A stretch of DNA of 64,000 nucleotides. Source: Phoronis australis. Lineage: Eukaryota > Animalia > Phoronida. The notes beneath the pieces are model-generated. The model saw nothing but the letters and a program-made list of their open reading frames with translations. It was not told where the DNA came from and did not search any database. The stretch lies in NCBI GenBank assembly GCA_002633005.1, contig NMRA01000112.1:564659-628658 (forward strand). Direction: 5' to 3'. This document shows positions 1 through 12,302 of the stretch, one piece after another. The position numbers and the translations under genes are program-made. Each line of letters opens with the position of its first letter. Positions within the stretch are counted from its first letter, which is position 1.

Positions 1-1144
1 GCAAACATGGTCTTTTGGTATGGGAGGTCATCAAAAAATTGTAATTTATCCTACAATTTTAAAGAATTCCTTTTCATATTTCTGTAAGTGGGTTGCTGTC
101 AGTAACTTTCCATAATAATTCCAGTAATACGCACGCGCAGAGTCCGTTATTGTCACACCGTGACAATAATCTTTCTAGTTAATAATTATGGGTTGTGGGT
201 TGGAGACATAAATGAAAACTATGAGTGGTGGGTACAAAATAAAAGTGCCTTCCCACCCATCCCATACATTTTTATGCTGAAACAGCATTAAATAGTTATG
301 TCATGAAATTTGACAGTTGTGTTCCCAGTACCGAGGGCATGGCTGACACTGATTTTCAGTTAATTTCCGAATAGTGCTGTGCCCCCTTGTGGCAGTTAAT
401 TAATTTTATGCCTGCCTCAGTATTTGCCAAGCTCTTTATAGGATTGTCATGAAAGTTAGTGGGCATGTTCCTTCTAATGATTGCATGCATTATGTTGTCT
501 CTTGGAGCAATCCCACTACTACTGATCGAGCTCTCTGTGGTGATTTTACTTAGTCAACAAGTAGGTCTAAATATCTCCAAGAGTTACATTTGCCAGTTTT
601 TGACTATTAGCAACTAGAATCACATACCCCAGAGATCGACTCTGCTTTAAAGGTCATGGGAATGTTAAAATAATTACCATGCGCTCCTTACATTTCATGG
701 GTGCAGGTCACGACTCGGCACAATTATGCTCATTTAATTATTGGATTTTTTTCTCTAGCTTTCTTTCATTGTCTACTGTTTTGTTATTTGTTCATCTGGT
801 TTCATCAGTCACACATGAATGACCTGATAATGACATTTTTGACTGATTCACGTATGACGGAAAAAACAGAGTCTACATTTCCAGATATGAAAATAAGGCA
901 CACAAAAGTGATGAAAGTTGATCTATTATATTATCATTAAGCAAAATATAGCTACAATAGATAAAGACAAAATATACAGGAAAATCACATTAAGTATGAT
1001 ATATATTGAGAAGATAGACAAAGCAATATCTTTTCTCATGTATTCATAACCCAATCACATTGCCTTGATTCCCTTTACAGCATCCTACACAGCTCCAGTT
1101 AAATTTGACTCGAAGGTGTTGTTGAGTAAAATTTCTTACTCCAG

Positions 1145-4100
1145 GATTTATCTCCCCTTCAGAGCCCATTGGCACACAGGGACAACTGCTATTGGCTACC
1201 TTCACTAACCCACAGGACTACAGCATAGTGCGAGACTATGAGTCATCCCTATATTCTCAGCGTCTTCAGATCAGGGTTGTTGATAAACAACATAAAGAGG
1301 TGTGTAGTAAAAGAAAACGTAAAACATTACTGCAGCTGTAGCTAACAGAATGAGTAAACAATTTCGGTGCTGACATAAAACATTACTGCAGTTGTAGCTA
1401 ACAGAATGAGTAAACAATTTCGGTGCTGACATAAAACATTACTGCAGTTGTAGCTAACAGAATGAGTAAACAATTTCAGTGCTGACATAAAACATTACTG
1501 CAGCTGTAGCTAACAGAATGAGACAGAGTAAACAAAAAATTTAAAATTTCGGTGCTGACGTTAAACATTACTGCAGCTGTAGGTAACGGAATGAGTAAAC
1601 AAAAAATTTAGCAATTTCGGTAGTGAAAGTATCACGTCTGTGACACTTCAATGTGGTTCTGCTTAGAAGAAAATGCGATCACAGGACTACAAACATCTAA
1701 GGGTTATTTCACTCAACATGTTCTGCGGTCTATATCATTTTTTGTTAGTTTGGGTTAAATCTTTAGTAAATTCCTAAATGATTAAAGAAATATGACAAGC
1801 TTGTCAGTTATCTTAGAATTCACTAAATGAAGGTAATATGATATTGCTGCTTGTGATTTGTACTTTCTACCTCAAACTAGTTTATTTAATATTTTGCAGT
1901 CTACTCCATCTACTTCTTCAGAGTCGGGTTATTGTACAATAATTTAATTCCTAAGTTTGTTAATTGGTTTGCTTGCACCCAAAGATCTGACTGAAAGTAA
2001 TAATCAATAATACTGTTCATTATGTGATGTCATTTGGTGATTGTTAGAACACGAGGGAAACTTAAAGATAAGTCATCTTTGAAAATTGCCTCGCCATCCA
2101 TGTCAAAATGTGCATACGGTAGCTTTAATTTATCTTAAAAGGACACCAAACCCAGTTTTGGCCTATTAATAGATCGAAAACAACTTTCCCATTCAGTTCT
2201 CTGAATCAAAATAATGCTCTGTAACCCTGAACAACCCTCAAAAGTTTGGAGCAAATTTTGTAAACTCCTTACAAAGTGTGCTAAACAAAGAAGCGTGACC
2301 TGCCCTCATTATGAAAAAGCTTCGGGAAATTCTAATCCCGAAAGCCAGTGAGAATCTCACTGGATTCCAGTTACTCCAGTGAGAATCAAACTAATAAAGA
2401 TGCCATTTAAATTAGTGAGAAAAAAATTCTCACTCTAGTGAGAATACAGTGATATTCCAATTAGAATTCAGTGAGAATCTAACTAATATGCATAGCATTC
2501 CCACTCAGTGAGAATTTGTCTTACTGAAATTCTCACTCAGTAGGAATGCTATGCAAATTAGTGAGAATTTGTGTTACTGAAATTCTCACTGAGTGAAAAT
2601 CTCACTAGGTGAGAATTTTGAGCTTAGAAAATTTTGTGTGTGCCTTTTATACTTGCACTGACTGAATAGATGAGAGATCAAAGCTTTTTTGGTAACCAAA
2701 ACACTGCTTATTTTTGTGAGTTTATCTTGAAATTTGACTAAGGATACAATTTAATTGCAAATTGTGAAATTTAGCAGACATGAACTAACAACTATAATGC
2801 CTTTGGTGAATCAGCAAAGTACTGAAAACTCAGCTGTCAACACAGTCTAATACTCATGCTTCATGCACTCTACTAGATGTATGAAATGTACGTCTAACCT
2901 TATAAGCTTATTAACACACAAAATCAGTCCAGGGTCTCCTCTGGTTGACTTGCAGACAAACTGTTCAGTAATTTCACAATATTTGTGAGAAAAAAATCAA
3001 CAATCTTCAAGCTACTTTCTCCAACTGCTCATTCCTGGCGCCATTTTAGTTTGAATTCAGAAATCTGGTTCAACTGAAATTTCCACAGTTACAGCCAATC
3101 AGGGTGTTTGTTTACTCTTAAATTTTCACTGAATTCTCACTCCAATTTTGGCAAGTGCAAATTCTCACTCGATTCTCACTCAGATTTTTTCTAAGACCAA
3201 AATTCTCACTGGATTCTCACTGTTACATAACATTTTCTCACTATTTTCTCACTGGCTGCCCCTTGTTCAATTCCCACTGGAATCCAGTGAGGTTCTCACT
3301 TTCTTTTTTTGTAAGGGTGCGCATTAGGCGACTTAAACAACTGTTACAACTGTAGGGAAGACCATAATGTTCAGTTTGAGGCGGTATGGATTTTTACTAA
3401 TGGTCTGAATTCTGCCTTTTGCACTCGATCATATGGGACACCCGAGTGATGCATTAGCAAGTGGCAGAACCAGACCTTGATTGAAATCACCAAAACAGGG
3501 TTTTGTATCTTGTCAAGTTGGCTGTTGTCATAACATTGTTGTTACTAGGCTACTACCTACCTTGTGTTCCATGTACCTGCGACGTCGCTGCGATGTCCCA
3601 CGTCGACTCACCGTGTTGTTTTGTATTCCACCTGTCCGTTTAATAGACACATCGTATACCACTACCCAAATTTCATCCTTGTGAAAGACTTTATTAGTGG
3701 TAATCCTCTGGACAAATACAATAGACCTCTTCTGATGAATTTACCAGTAAGTAAACGTCCTCGTTGATGTAGTGCAAGTTTGGTGTGAGTTTGGCAAGAT
3801 CATGTAACGTCGTGCAAAATTACATGTCAAATGTTTTACTCAAGGCATAAGTTTTCCCCTGAAGCCAAAAGAACTGCTTTGGGTTGATGTCTGGATAATG
3901 GAGTTGTGCTTAATTCAATTACACAATAGTAAGGATCTTGGTTGTCAATTTAATTCTCCGCAAAGCAGTTTATATGCAGAGCGCATTGTGAGCTGCTTCT
4001 GTGACAGTTTCACTCTTCAAATTAATGTAAATCCTGTCATAGTTGCATAGACAATTATTTTCATTTCAAAGTTGCTGGAACATATTTCTTTTAGACGAAG

Positions 4101-7100
4101 TCAAAAAATAACTTTGTCTCATCTGTGAAAGCAGGATTTTAAAACTTAACAGTGGATGGCCATAGCCAAATTGGACATCCGAGACGGATCTAAACTGTCT
4201 CCCACTGAAGGATCCGGCTCAAAACCTGAAATGCTGACGCTAGACAAGCTAGGCTGTTCGTTTTCTACTGTAGTGAGCAAACCTCAGGTCACTTGTCTCG
4301 GCAGAAAACTGAGCACTGAGTGACAGGCCATACATTCATCTCCATTTTCATCACTTTACTGGCTTAGTGTCTTCACAAAAGGCTGGAGGCATTGTGTGGC
4401 CTAGTAGGATAAGGGTTCACTTCCTTTACTCAAAGTCGTGGGTTCAAGTTCCAGTGGCATACACTGCTGTACCCTCGACTTTGAGTCAATAAGTCGCTAT
4501 AGCATCAGCTCGGTTTAACTATAGTTGGCCACTGTATTATGACTTCTGAGGATGGTGTTTAATATATGACACCGAAACATGTCAAGTTTTAAATCCGTTG
4601 TTGTTTTCGTGAACTATAGTAGAGCATAAATTGTTGCAGGTGATCAGTGCAGTGGACTCACTCATATACAACATGTACCAGACTGCCTGCACTTAAATGT
4701 TGCACATTCTTTAGATAAAGTTTATTGTAACGTTGTACCTTGAAGGTGAATTACCGTCCACCATCTGCGCATGGTATTCTGATCCCAGTCAACGACTACA
4801 TCTACAACGCGGACCCCAGCAAGCACAGATATGGGGACTTCTACTCAATTTCAAGGGTATGTATCGAACTAGTGTTATAGACCATCGACTGATGAGTGTG
4901 CTCAATATTCTTTAATGGGGATGTGTAAGACTAGTTTAAAGGCTTAAAAATGATGTTTCTGATGTCTGTCTCGGATTTTATTGCAGAAGTCTGGTAAGTT
5001 TTATTGGTGTGCACATGCCAAGAGTCGAGAGGACTGCAACTGTACTGATGAAATAAAGATGTCATCGCTGGTGAAATTCACAGACTGCAAGGAGAGGGTA
5101 TTTTTGACTGTTTTTTTTTGTTTGTGATTAGTGGAAACTGAACACTTCAAATTATGGTGAAAATTTTTCAATTTGGGACAAAAATAATTACTGAAGTAAC
5201 CATATGTCTATTTTTCAGCGACTTACCATATTGTTACTAATTCTCAAAATTTTAACAAAATGTTAATAATTATACAAACCTCGCTAAAAGCAAAGCAAAT
5301 TTTCTTGATAAGTTATTTTGTTGATAAATTTGACAAATTGAAATTTCACCTTTCCGCCATATTGTAGGCCTATCCTAAACTGAAGACTTTTTGCCAGTCA
5401 GATATTGAAAACTTGGAGTGTAAATGGAATACATGATTGTAGTCACTCATTCACGCAGTTACATAGTATCTCAATCATCAATACAGTCATGAAGAATATT
5501 TCAGAGACTGTACCCACTTGTCAAATCTCACCAATTCGGGTCGAAATTGGAAATTTTGTAGCACCGCATTAGATGTAATGGAGCTCTCACACATCTATCA
5601 TAAAACAATGTTTTGAAAAATTGTGGGCATTCACAACAGTGTTTTTGGAAGATAATGAAAATGAGAAAAGGGTTATTTTGATAAAAATTACCTGAAATTA
5701 GTGAGATTTTAAATATACTTGAGTTTTTAGAAGCTATTATTTTCGCTACAAGAAGATTAGTTATAAAAATATGTAGAGTTTGAGCCATCCAGGAATGTTC
5801 ATGTTATTAACAGTTAAAACTGGTCTGCTGGTTTACCTTTTTGGTTTCCTCGATCTTCGGAGACCTCTCGTCTACTTCAATGGAAGGGTTAGTTATTTTT
5901 AATAAAGTTTAAAAGCTTGCAAGCACCTACAAAGAATTAATGGCAGTGTTTGAGGTTATGCATGACCCTAGAAAGTGTACCCAAGTTTGGCTAATCTCAG
6001 AACATTGTATCTCGGAAATTCATACGAAACTCTCAGACTAGCTATGCTTCTTGCATTGCTGTAGGAATTGTTTTTAAAATGACTCAATTTTCCATGACGC
6101 GATATCAAAATAGAGCCTTAGTTTATGATTTTTACAAAAAAAGTAAATTTCACACACGAAATATGGAAACGGAATGATTATTAAGAAAAGTGTAAGCGTT
6201 TTTGTGATTTGAACACAAGTAGTACTCACTGGTAGATTGTGCACTGTTTGGTATTAGCCTGCTGAGCTGAAACTGGAATTTAGCCTTAATGAGCCGTAAT
6301 GCGTTGTCTGGGTTTTGGCGCTATAACTCATTGGTGATAGGAATTTGGCACTATAACTCATTGGTGATAGGAATTTGGCACTATAACTCATTGGTGATAG
6401 GAATTTGGCACTATAACTCATTGGTGATAGGAATTTGGCACTATAACTCATTGGTGATAGGAATTTGGCACTATAACTCATTGGTGATAGGAATTTGGCA
6501 ACTTTCTTAGCTGTCAATCCAAACCTAAAATTTGCATTCTGACAATATAAGGTTTTGACACGATATAATTCTCTTGTAAGCTTATTGACTTATTGTAATT
6601 TTCCTGACAAAGTTTTTGAATTGAATTTGTTGAGCCCCCTGGCGCATTGTGTTGTTTTGTTATTTTCACTCAAGTCATTAGGCATTCTCCCGTTCAGTGA
6701 CTTTACTAGGCATAGAGCAGTTGTGAGGGTGTGATAGCATCTATCTCCTTTGTTAACTGCCAAGCACAGTCTTTTGTCTGGTATGGCAATATGCAGGCCA
6801 ATTATCTACCAGGCTGATTATTGACCATATGTGAAAACAGTCAATCTCAGTCAGCGAATAGATTGTCATAACTTCGGTTGTAGTTTGGCGATTTTGGTAA
6901 TTCAAAAACTATATCATGATCAGCATTTGACGAGGAATTCAGAAATGCTATTGGTTTATGTTCAAATATCTTATGAAAACTTAACTTTTATTTTTAACTG
7001 CATGCTGCCCGTGCAGTCAGGCTTATCAGTATAGCTATTATCGAATGAAAGAGAGCTGGCCCTCCAACCAAAAACGCCAGAATGGAGTTAATCAGTTGTG

Positions 7101-10100
7101 TAAGATGCTGGCTACAGTGGTCATCCTCCCAACTTTATCGTACATGTTGGACTCAACGGGAAAACGCTGTAATGATTATCCATTGCTTGTAGGCTTATCG
7201 ACTTATCCTGCCAGCCAAGCTAGAACTTAAGTTTACCCTTGATGAGCCAGACTCTGAACCAGTAACGTTCACAGCACCATACATTGTGAGCTTGAGTGAG
7301 GTCAACAACAGGATAGACTTCATGGTGGAAGGTGGGTGTCTATCGGCATAGCAACACATATTAAGCATTATGCAAAGTCCCATTCTGTGGCTGTGACTTG
7401 TTAATAGTTAGTAATCTCACTGTAACATCTTTTCCCGGTAACGTTGGAAGATTTTAGAAGCAACTTTTTTTAATTGACAGATTTTGGTGCTCACTGTGAA
7501 TAAATATTATTTTGGGTGTATGTATGTATGATCATTGTATGATTTTTTGCTGCTTCAGCTGGATCTAACAAAAATCTTGAGGCATTTAAAAGACACCACG
7601 CTACACGGTTCTACAACCCAGACTCAATCACCATATACATGAGGGTAGTTCTTTTCAATACCTTAGTTTGCAATTGCAATCTCTGGATCGTCAATCATAG
7701 TCTTCTAGTTTTTATCCTTGTGTTGCGCCTTGAGTAACTTATTTACTGTTAGTATTTTATTGTGATGCTCATAGGCTTGTATTGCATGATTGTGTATTAT
7801 TGCTATTAAAATACATGTTTATCACATCATTGGTGTCTCTCTTCATCGTATTTAGCGAGTGTGACTGATTTTGAAGTATAGTGTTGATTTTTTTTAAGCG
7901 AATGAGTGCAATAACGTTTTAGGATGGCTCACTCTTTTTCTCAGTGTCCTTCGTTTATTTAGTGTGTGTGTGTGTGCATGTGTCAACTGCAATCAGAACA
8001 TCCTAGTTCACAAATGGCTGATCGAATTCATGTGAAATTTTCTGTAATACATGCTTTATGCGCTGTTAAGAATAATTGTATTGTTTTTTTTGATCGATGC
8101 ACATTTGTATGACAACTTTTATAATTTTTGAAAAAAATGGGAAAGTTGCAAGAAACAGATGATAAGTTTGTATACTATATTTATTATGATGTTTTTATGG
8201 TTTCATCGTTGCATTGAATTAATGTGACTCAAAATTTGATGGATTCAGATGTTATTGCTAAATATTACTAAAAAGACGTGGTCACATGTTTCTGCTTTCA
8301 GAAAACATAACGCATTTTTTTAGTTCTTTAGTTTGTAGATATTTTGCTGAATACCGAAATTCATTGTGCTATTTAGTTCATGTGTAAGTTTTGTAATTTT
8401 ACTTCAGGCCTCTGGGCTGTACCACTTCCGTGTGTCGGTGGTGCCCACCCTGAGTTTCTGCAATTTGACGGATGAACTGCAGGTAGGTTAATTTGACACT
8501 CGCGAGTAACGTGATAGTGCTGATAACAAACGCCAGTTAGGGTCTTGGTCTTATCTGAAAAGCAGAATGTCAAGTTAGAAAAGCCTTTTACAATTGGCAT
8601 CATGGAAGGTTAATGAAGACAGTTCTAAGAGAAACAAAAGGTTTGCGGTCCTGGCTGGGAATTTTTTTTAATACCACTGTGGATTGTGAATATCCAAGCC
8701 CAGAATGCTAGTGAATGGTAATCACATTGGGATCTGGACTGTTGTTACCTTCATTAGCTTTGCCATGTCTTTGTCAATGAACCCCCTTGTATTCTGGCAG
8801 TCTTTTTGCATCAGGTGCAGACAGTCACAAAACTCAGCAAGCCAGAATCAATTGTCAACTGTATTGTGCCACAAAGTATTACTATTGAAGTCATTGCTTA
8901 AAGTGGTAATTGATCTGCACCACACAAAATGTAGACATAATTAAGTTAGATACTGTTCTTGACATTAATTAAGTTAGATACTGTTCTTGATATTATGTAC
9001 TATTGTCATCAGCTGTTCTTGTAGTTATATTTATTGACGGAAGTACAACAATTAAGGTTCCATGTTTCCAATTTCACTCTTCTTCAAGGTGTATGTGGAT
9101 AGCATGTCCTTGCGCTATCCCATGCAGTATGTGCTGACCGTCAGCATAGCCATAGGTTTTGGGGGTATCCTGTTTGGTATCTACCAATGGTACTTGATGA
9201 CTCATCACCGGACACGTGTGAAGAGGTCTGGCCCCCTCTGCCTGGACCCTCGCGACTTCTGGTATGGACAGTCAGACGCAACTGGCTGTTGTCAGCCTTG
9301 TCATTCTGAGGTTGAGTTGGACGGCGAGGCGATCGCACAGAAATTCAACAGGACGGGTTTGCATATACGACATAGCTACATGCCCGTCAATCATGATACG
9401 GTGAGAGGGGTTATTGTGTGTTGCTAAGATTGTGTTAATTAGTGTGTGGTAATATTTCTTCAAGTTCATTATTTTTCTCAAAAATAATTAACATTACCAA
9501 AGTTGTCAATCATTTTCCATTCTTCAAAGTCCCCTGTAGATGTTGACAGATGGGCATTTTCAACCAAACCCCGACCACAAGTTTATATTCCTCTGAAAAA
9601 AATTCAAAACCCCACCAAAGTTCCCTTGGCAGATATCCAAAAACAACAAGACAAGTCCATGTTGCTAGTGTATGATATGCAATATGAACACTATGTCATT
9701 ACTCAAGTCAAGGGTAACTGTACAGCCATATTAGAATAAAAATTACTAGACTGGTGTTTTAACACATCAAAGAAAATCTGATGAACTTTTTTAATAAAAA
9801 GTATGAGGAGTCATTTGGGCAAGTTCCAGTTAATATTCACTTGGCATAGCAGCCTAAAAGCATTCGTGAAAACACTTTGAGATTCGTAGATTCATGAAAT
9901 TGAAAAAAGTCATATTGAAATTACAGTCATCTGGTGGACAGAGACACCTGGTGACTTCCTAAAGTATTGCTCACAGGTGTCTTTGAAAAGCAAGCAAGTT
10001 TGTTGTTACTGGCATGAGTAGTGGTAATATCGCATGGAATTTTTCTGCACCCACAAAAATTTTTGTAGCTTATCCGTTCATTTGTCTATCTGTGTCGGTC

Positions 10101-12302
10101 AAACTGCTTGGTGGATCACCGATGAAATTTGGTATAGAGGTGTTTGGCGGCAATGTGACAGCACTAGTCGATTTTCAGACGGATTTGGCTGCTGTAGTAC
10201 TCCATGTTGGCTGATTAAGTTTTCGACAAGCCATTCCTTGTGCGTCAATTATCTCAAAAACTGCTTGACGAATCACAATGAAATTCAATACAGAGGTATA
10301 TGACGAGATTGTGCCATCACCAGTCAATTTTTGGACGGATTCAACTATTGTGGCACCCCCTGTTGGGCATTTTAGTTTTTAAAAGACAGGTTGATTAGCT
10401 CAAAAACCTCTTAAGGCACAACTAGGTGAAATTTGGCACAAAGATATATAGCAGGGATGGATGTGCTGATAGCAGCTGACTTGTTTTGGTTCAACCACCC
10501 TCTTGGCCGCTTTAGTTTTCAACAACATTCAACAAGACAGCTAGTTCTTGTTCATCGGTCATCTACCGATAAGTTCATAACAGGTCATGATGTGTCCTAG
10601 AGGTATAATTTAGTGTTGCTCCCCCTTGTACGAATATTGAGAATGAGCACCCACTAGTGTCTGTCATTTGCAGTACACATGAGGGCGCATATCGATCAAC
10701 ATTCTTGCTCATTAATCACTATTTACTGGAAAATGTGTGAATTTCTATTCCTCGCTTGGGAGGGAGCTGATGTGAATTTTTATTCTTAGCCTGGGAGGGA
10801 GCAGATGCTGTGAATTTTTATTCCTTGCCTGGGAGGGAGCTGATATGAATTTTTATTCTTTGCCTGGGAGGGGGCCAGTTTGTCTGAACATTTACTGACC
10901 CGGGTTAACAAGTCATTTAAAAGTCACTGGCCCGGCTGCAAATCCTCTGGCCAGTGTGTATTTTGAATGCTGGCAGTGTGTAAAAAATGAAAGTGCCTTC
11001 CCCCTCCCATGCGTTTTTACTGGTCCAGGAACAGCCCTTATTAATTTATGCAGAAATTAGCACAATTGATCTTGGGCTGAAACAAAATGTCACCTAATGC
11101 CAGCTGAAAGGGACAAGATCCTTTTTGACCCCTAATGTTACCTGATGTCAGCTGAAATGAGTGTCACCTGTAGTCAGCGTTGAGACCTAAGTTTCAAACT
11201 GAATTGGTCGTAGACCGGAACCAATCATGCTTTTTTGACAAAAAAATTCCTAAGATTTTTATGGCTGCCAAAAAATTATTTCGATCTATGTTATTGGTTA
11301 AAGACAGATTAGGTTGTGAGTTCAGGTTGGAATGCAGGATATTAATTTTATGCAACACAGCTAGCTGAGCTGTAACCCAGACTGGTCATCCAGGCTCATA
11401 TTAGTGATCACTAGGTGGAGCAGTGGTCAGGCTGTTTCAAGCTTTCTGCTTACTAATCTCTGATATAATGGCTGCAAAGAATTATACATGGTAGTAATTG
11501 TACTTTTAAATTTTCGTTTAGAATGTTTGTAAATAGCATATTTGAATACTTTGTGGAAAGCACAGTCACGTGATTAGGTTTTGAATTTTGAAAATTAGAG
11601 AAGAAATGAGACTTACAACCTAAAACGTGTGTTTTTGTTTACTTCTGCTGGATGTGCAATATAATTGGGCCAATTACCAAATCAGTTGTCAGCAATTGGA
11701 TTTGAGGTAAGCCAACTGTCATCGTGTAATTTTTTGCATGTGTTGCAAGGCAGTCAACTATAAACCCACATTCCCATCCAAAAAGCCAGCATTTGATGTC
11801 ATGTAGACCTCTTAATTATATAAAATTGGTTTCAGTTTGTTTCCAGTACTGGCTGAGAAGTGATTTCTGGCTTTGCAAAGAACTGACTGTTCTTTAATAG
11901 TCAAGACATGTCAACTTGCAGCATTCAGTGAAGCCCTGAAATCACCTTTCTAGGAAATGAATTTAGAAACAATGTGAGACCAAAGGCCAGGTCTAAATCA
12001 AAAGTTGATTTTCGTTGTGAAGGTTGGGTTATTGCTGCTTCAACTGAAAGTTAACATTATGTAATACTGACTTGTCTGTTTCTTGACATCAGGTGAGACA
12101 ATGGTTAGAGCAACAACAGAAAATGACCTCCTTGTCGACCCTGGAGAGATTTGACCTTCACCATAGACAGTCCTCTGGCTGGTTCCACCGCAGGAAGTCC
12201 TCTGCTGTCAGCCAGCAACCCTTAAGAACAGAAGACAGCCACCATAACACACTGCATCCCCAGTCCACCACAACTAACCGATGGCATCATAGCTCACACT
12301 AA
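1145..12302 (+). CDS. CATSPERB: Cation channel sperm-associated auxiliary subunit beta (3' part; 5' exons lie upstream of the window)
   Basis: Phase-consistent GT-AG exons 1145-1299, 3549-3746, 4746-4856, 4987-5097, 7193-7331, 7559-7644, 8408-8482, 9089-9400, 12093-12302. They translate to ...STCPFNRH...NLP|VNYRPPSAHGILIPVNDYIYNADPSK...|KSGKFYWCAHAKSREDCNCTDE...DCKER|...APYIVSLSEVNNR...|FYNPDSITIYMR|ASGLYHFRVSVVPTLSFCNLTDELQ|VYVDSMSLRYP followed by a TM helix. This is colinear with the mammalian CATSPERB C-terminus as I recall it (NYRPPS, HADPSK, CNCT, FHFRV, FCNL..FQIYVD, TM). The first and last listed exons rest on splice phase only. Confidence 0.88.
1321..1625. repeat. 56-bp minisatellite, ~5 copies
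   Basis: Unit aaaacattactgcagctgtagctaacagaatgagtaaacaatttcggtgctgacat repeated in tandem ~20 nt after the CATSPERB donor at 1300. Confidence 0.95.
2264..3319. mobile_element. Foldback/MITE-like non-autonomous DNA element with arrays of AGTGAGAAT motifs
   Basis: Inverted match 2347-2371 vs 3276-3300 (24/25). The left arm is rich in agtgagaat and the right arm in attctcact. Possible termini ccttacaaa / tttgtaagg. Confidence 0.7.
4386..4460 (+). mobile_element. tRNA-derived SINE head (Pol III A and B boxes)
   Basis: A-box tggcctagtagg 4397-4408 and B-box ggttcaagttcc 4441-4452 at tRNA-like spacing; no intact cloverleaf. Confidence 0.6.
4541..4588 (+). ncRNA. Minimal type-I hammerhead ribozyme (Penelope-like retroelement type)
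   Basis: Stem I gactt(4541-45)/aagtt(4584-88); core CTGAGGA(4546-52) plus one extra T; stem II ggtgt/acacc; GAAAC(4574-78); palindromic minimal helix III ACATGT; GTC cleavage triplet 4581-83. Confidence 0.72.
6314..6500. repeat. 30-bp minisatellite, 6 copies
   Basis: Unit gcactataactcattggtgataggaatttg, near-perfect copies; accounts for the repetitive ORFs 6254-6517 and 6289-6510. Confidence 0.97.
7855..8330 (+). mobile_element. Interspersed repeat copy (family shared with ~26640-27240)
   Basis: Shared motifs aaatggctgatcg...gtgaaa..ttc...gctttatgc and ggtca(c/t)atg at both loci; internal (TG)n. Confidence 0.45.
10060..10520 (+). mobile_element. Interspersed repeat with ~150-bp internal tandem subunits (Helentron/HINE-like; related pieces at ~290-480 and 57330-57780)
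   Basis: Recurrent tgaaatt(tgg)...aga, gacggatt and ccccc..ttgg motifs in three tandem subunits. The class assignment is an inference. Confidence 0.4.
10736..10875. repeat. ~36-bp minisatellite, 4 copies
   Basis: Unit gtgaatttttattccttgcctgggagggagctgat. Confidence 0.9.

Noticed and set aside
4149-4322. 58-codon open frame in a CATSPERB intron
   Set aside because: The flanking exons join directly as the conserved LP|VNYRPPS, so no exon is needed there
6254-6517. Repetitive ORFs or CRISPR-like arrays (also 23508-23826, 33214-33560, 58797-59024, 61698-61884)
   Set aside because: These are head-to-tail minisatellites with no unique spacers, in a eukaryotic intron or UTR context
9540-9652. Candidate extra CATSPERB exon (DVDRWAFSTKP...)
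   Set aside because: That frame is incompatible with the phase-0 donor at 9400; phase 0 hits a stop after 18 codons
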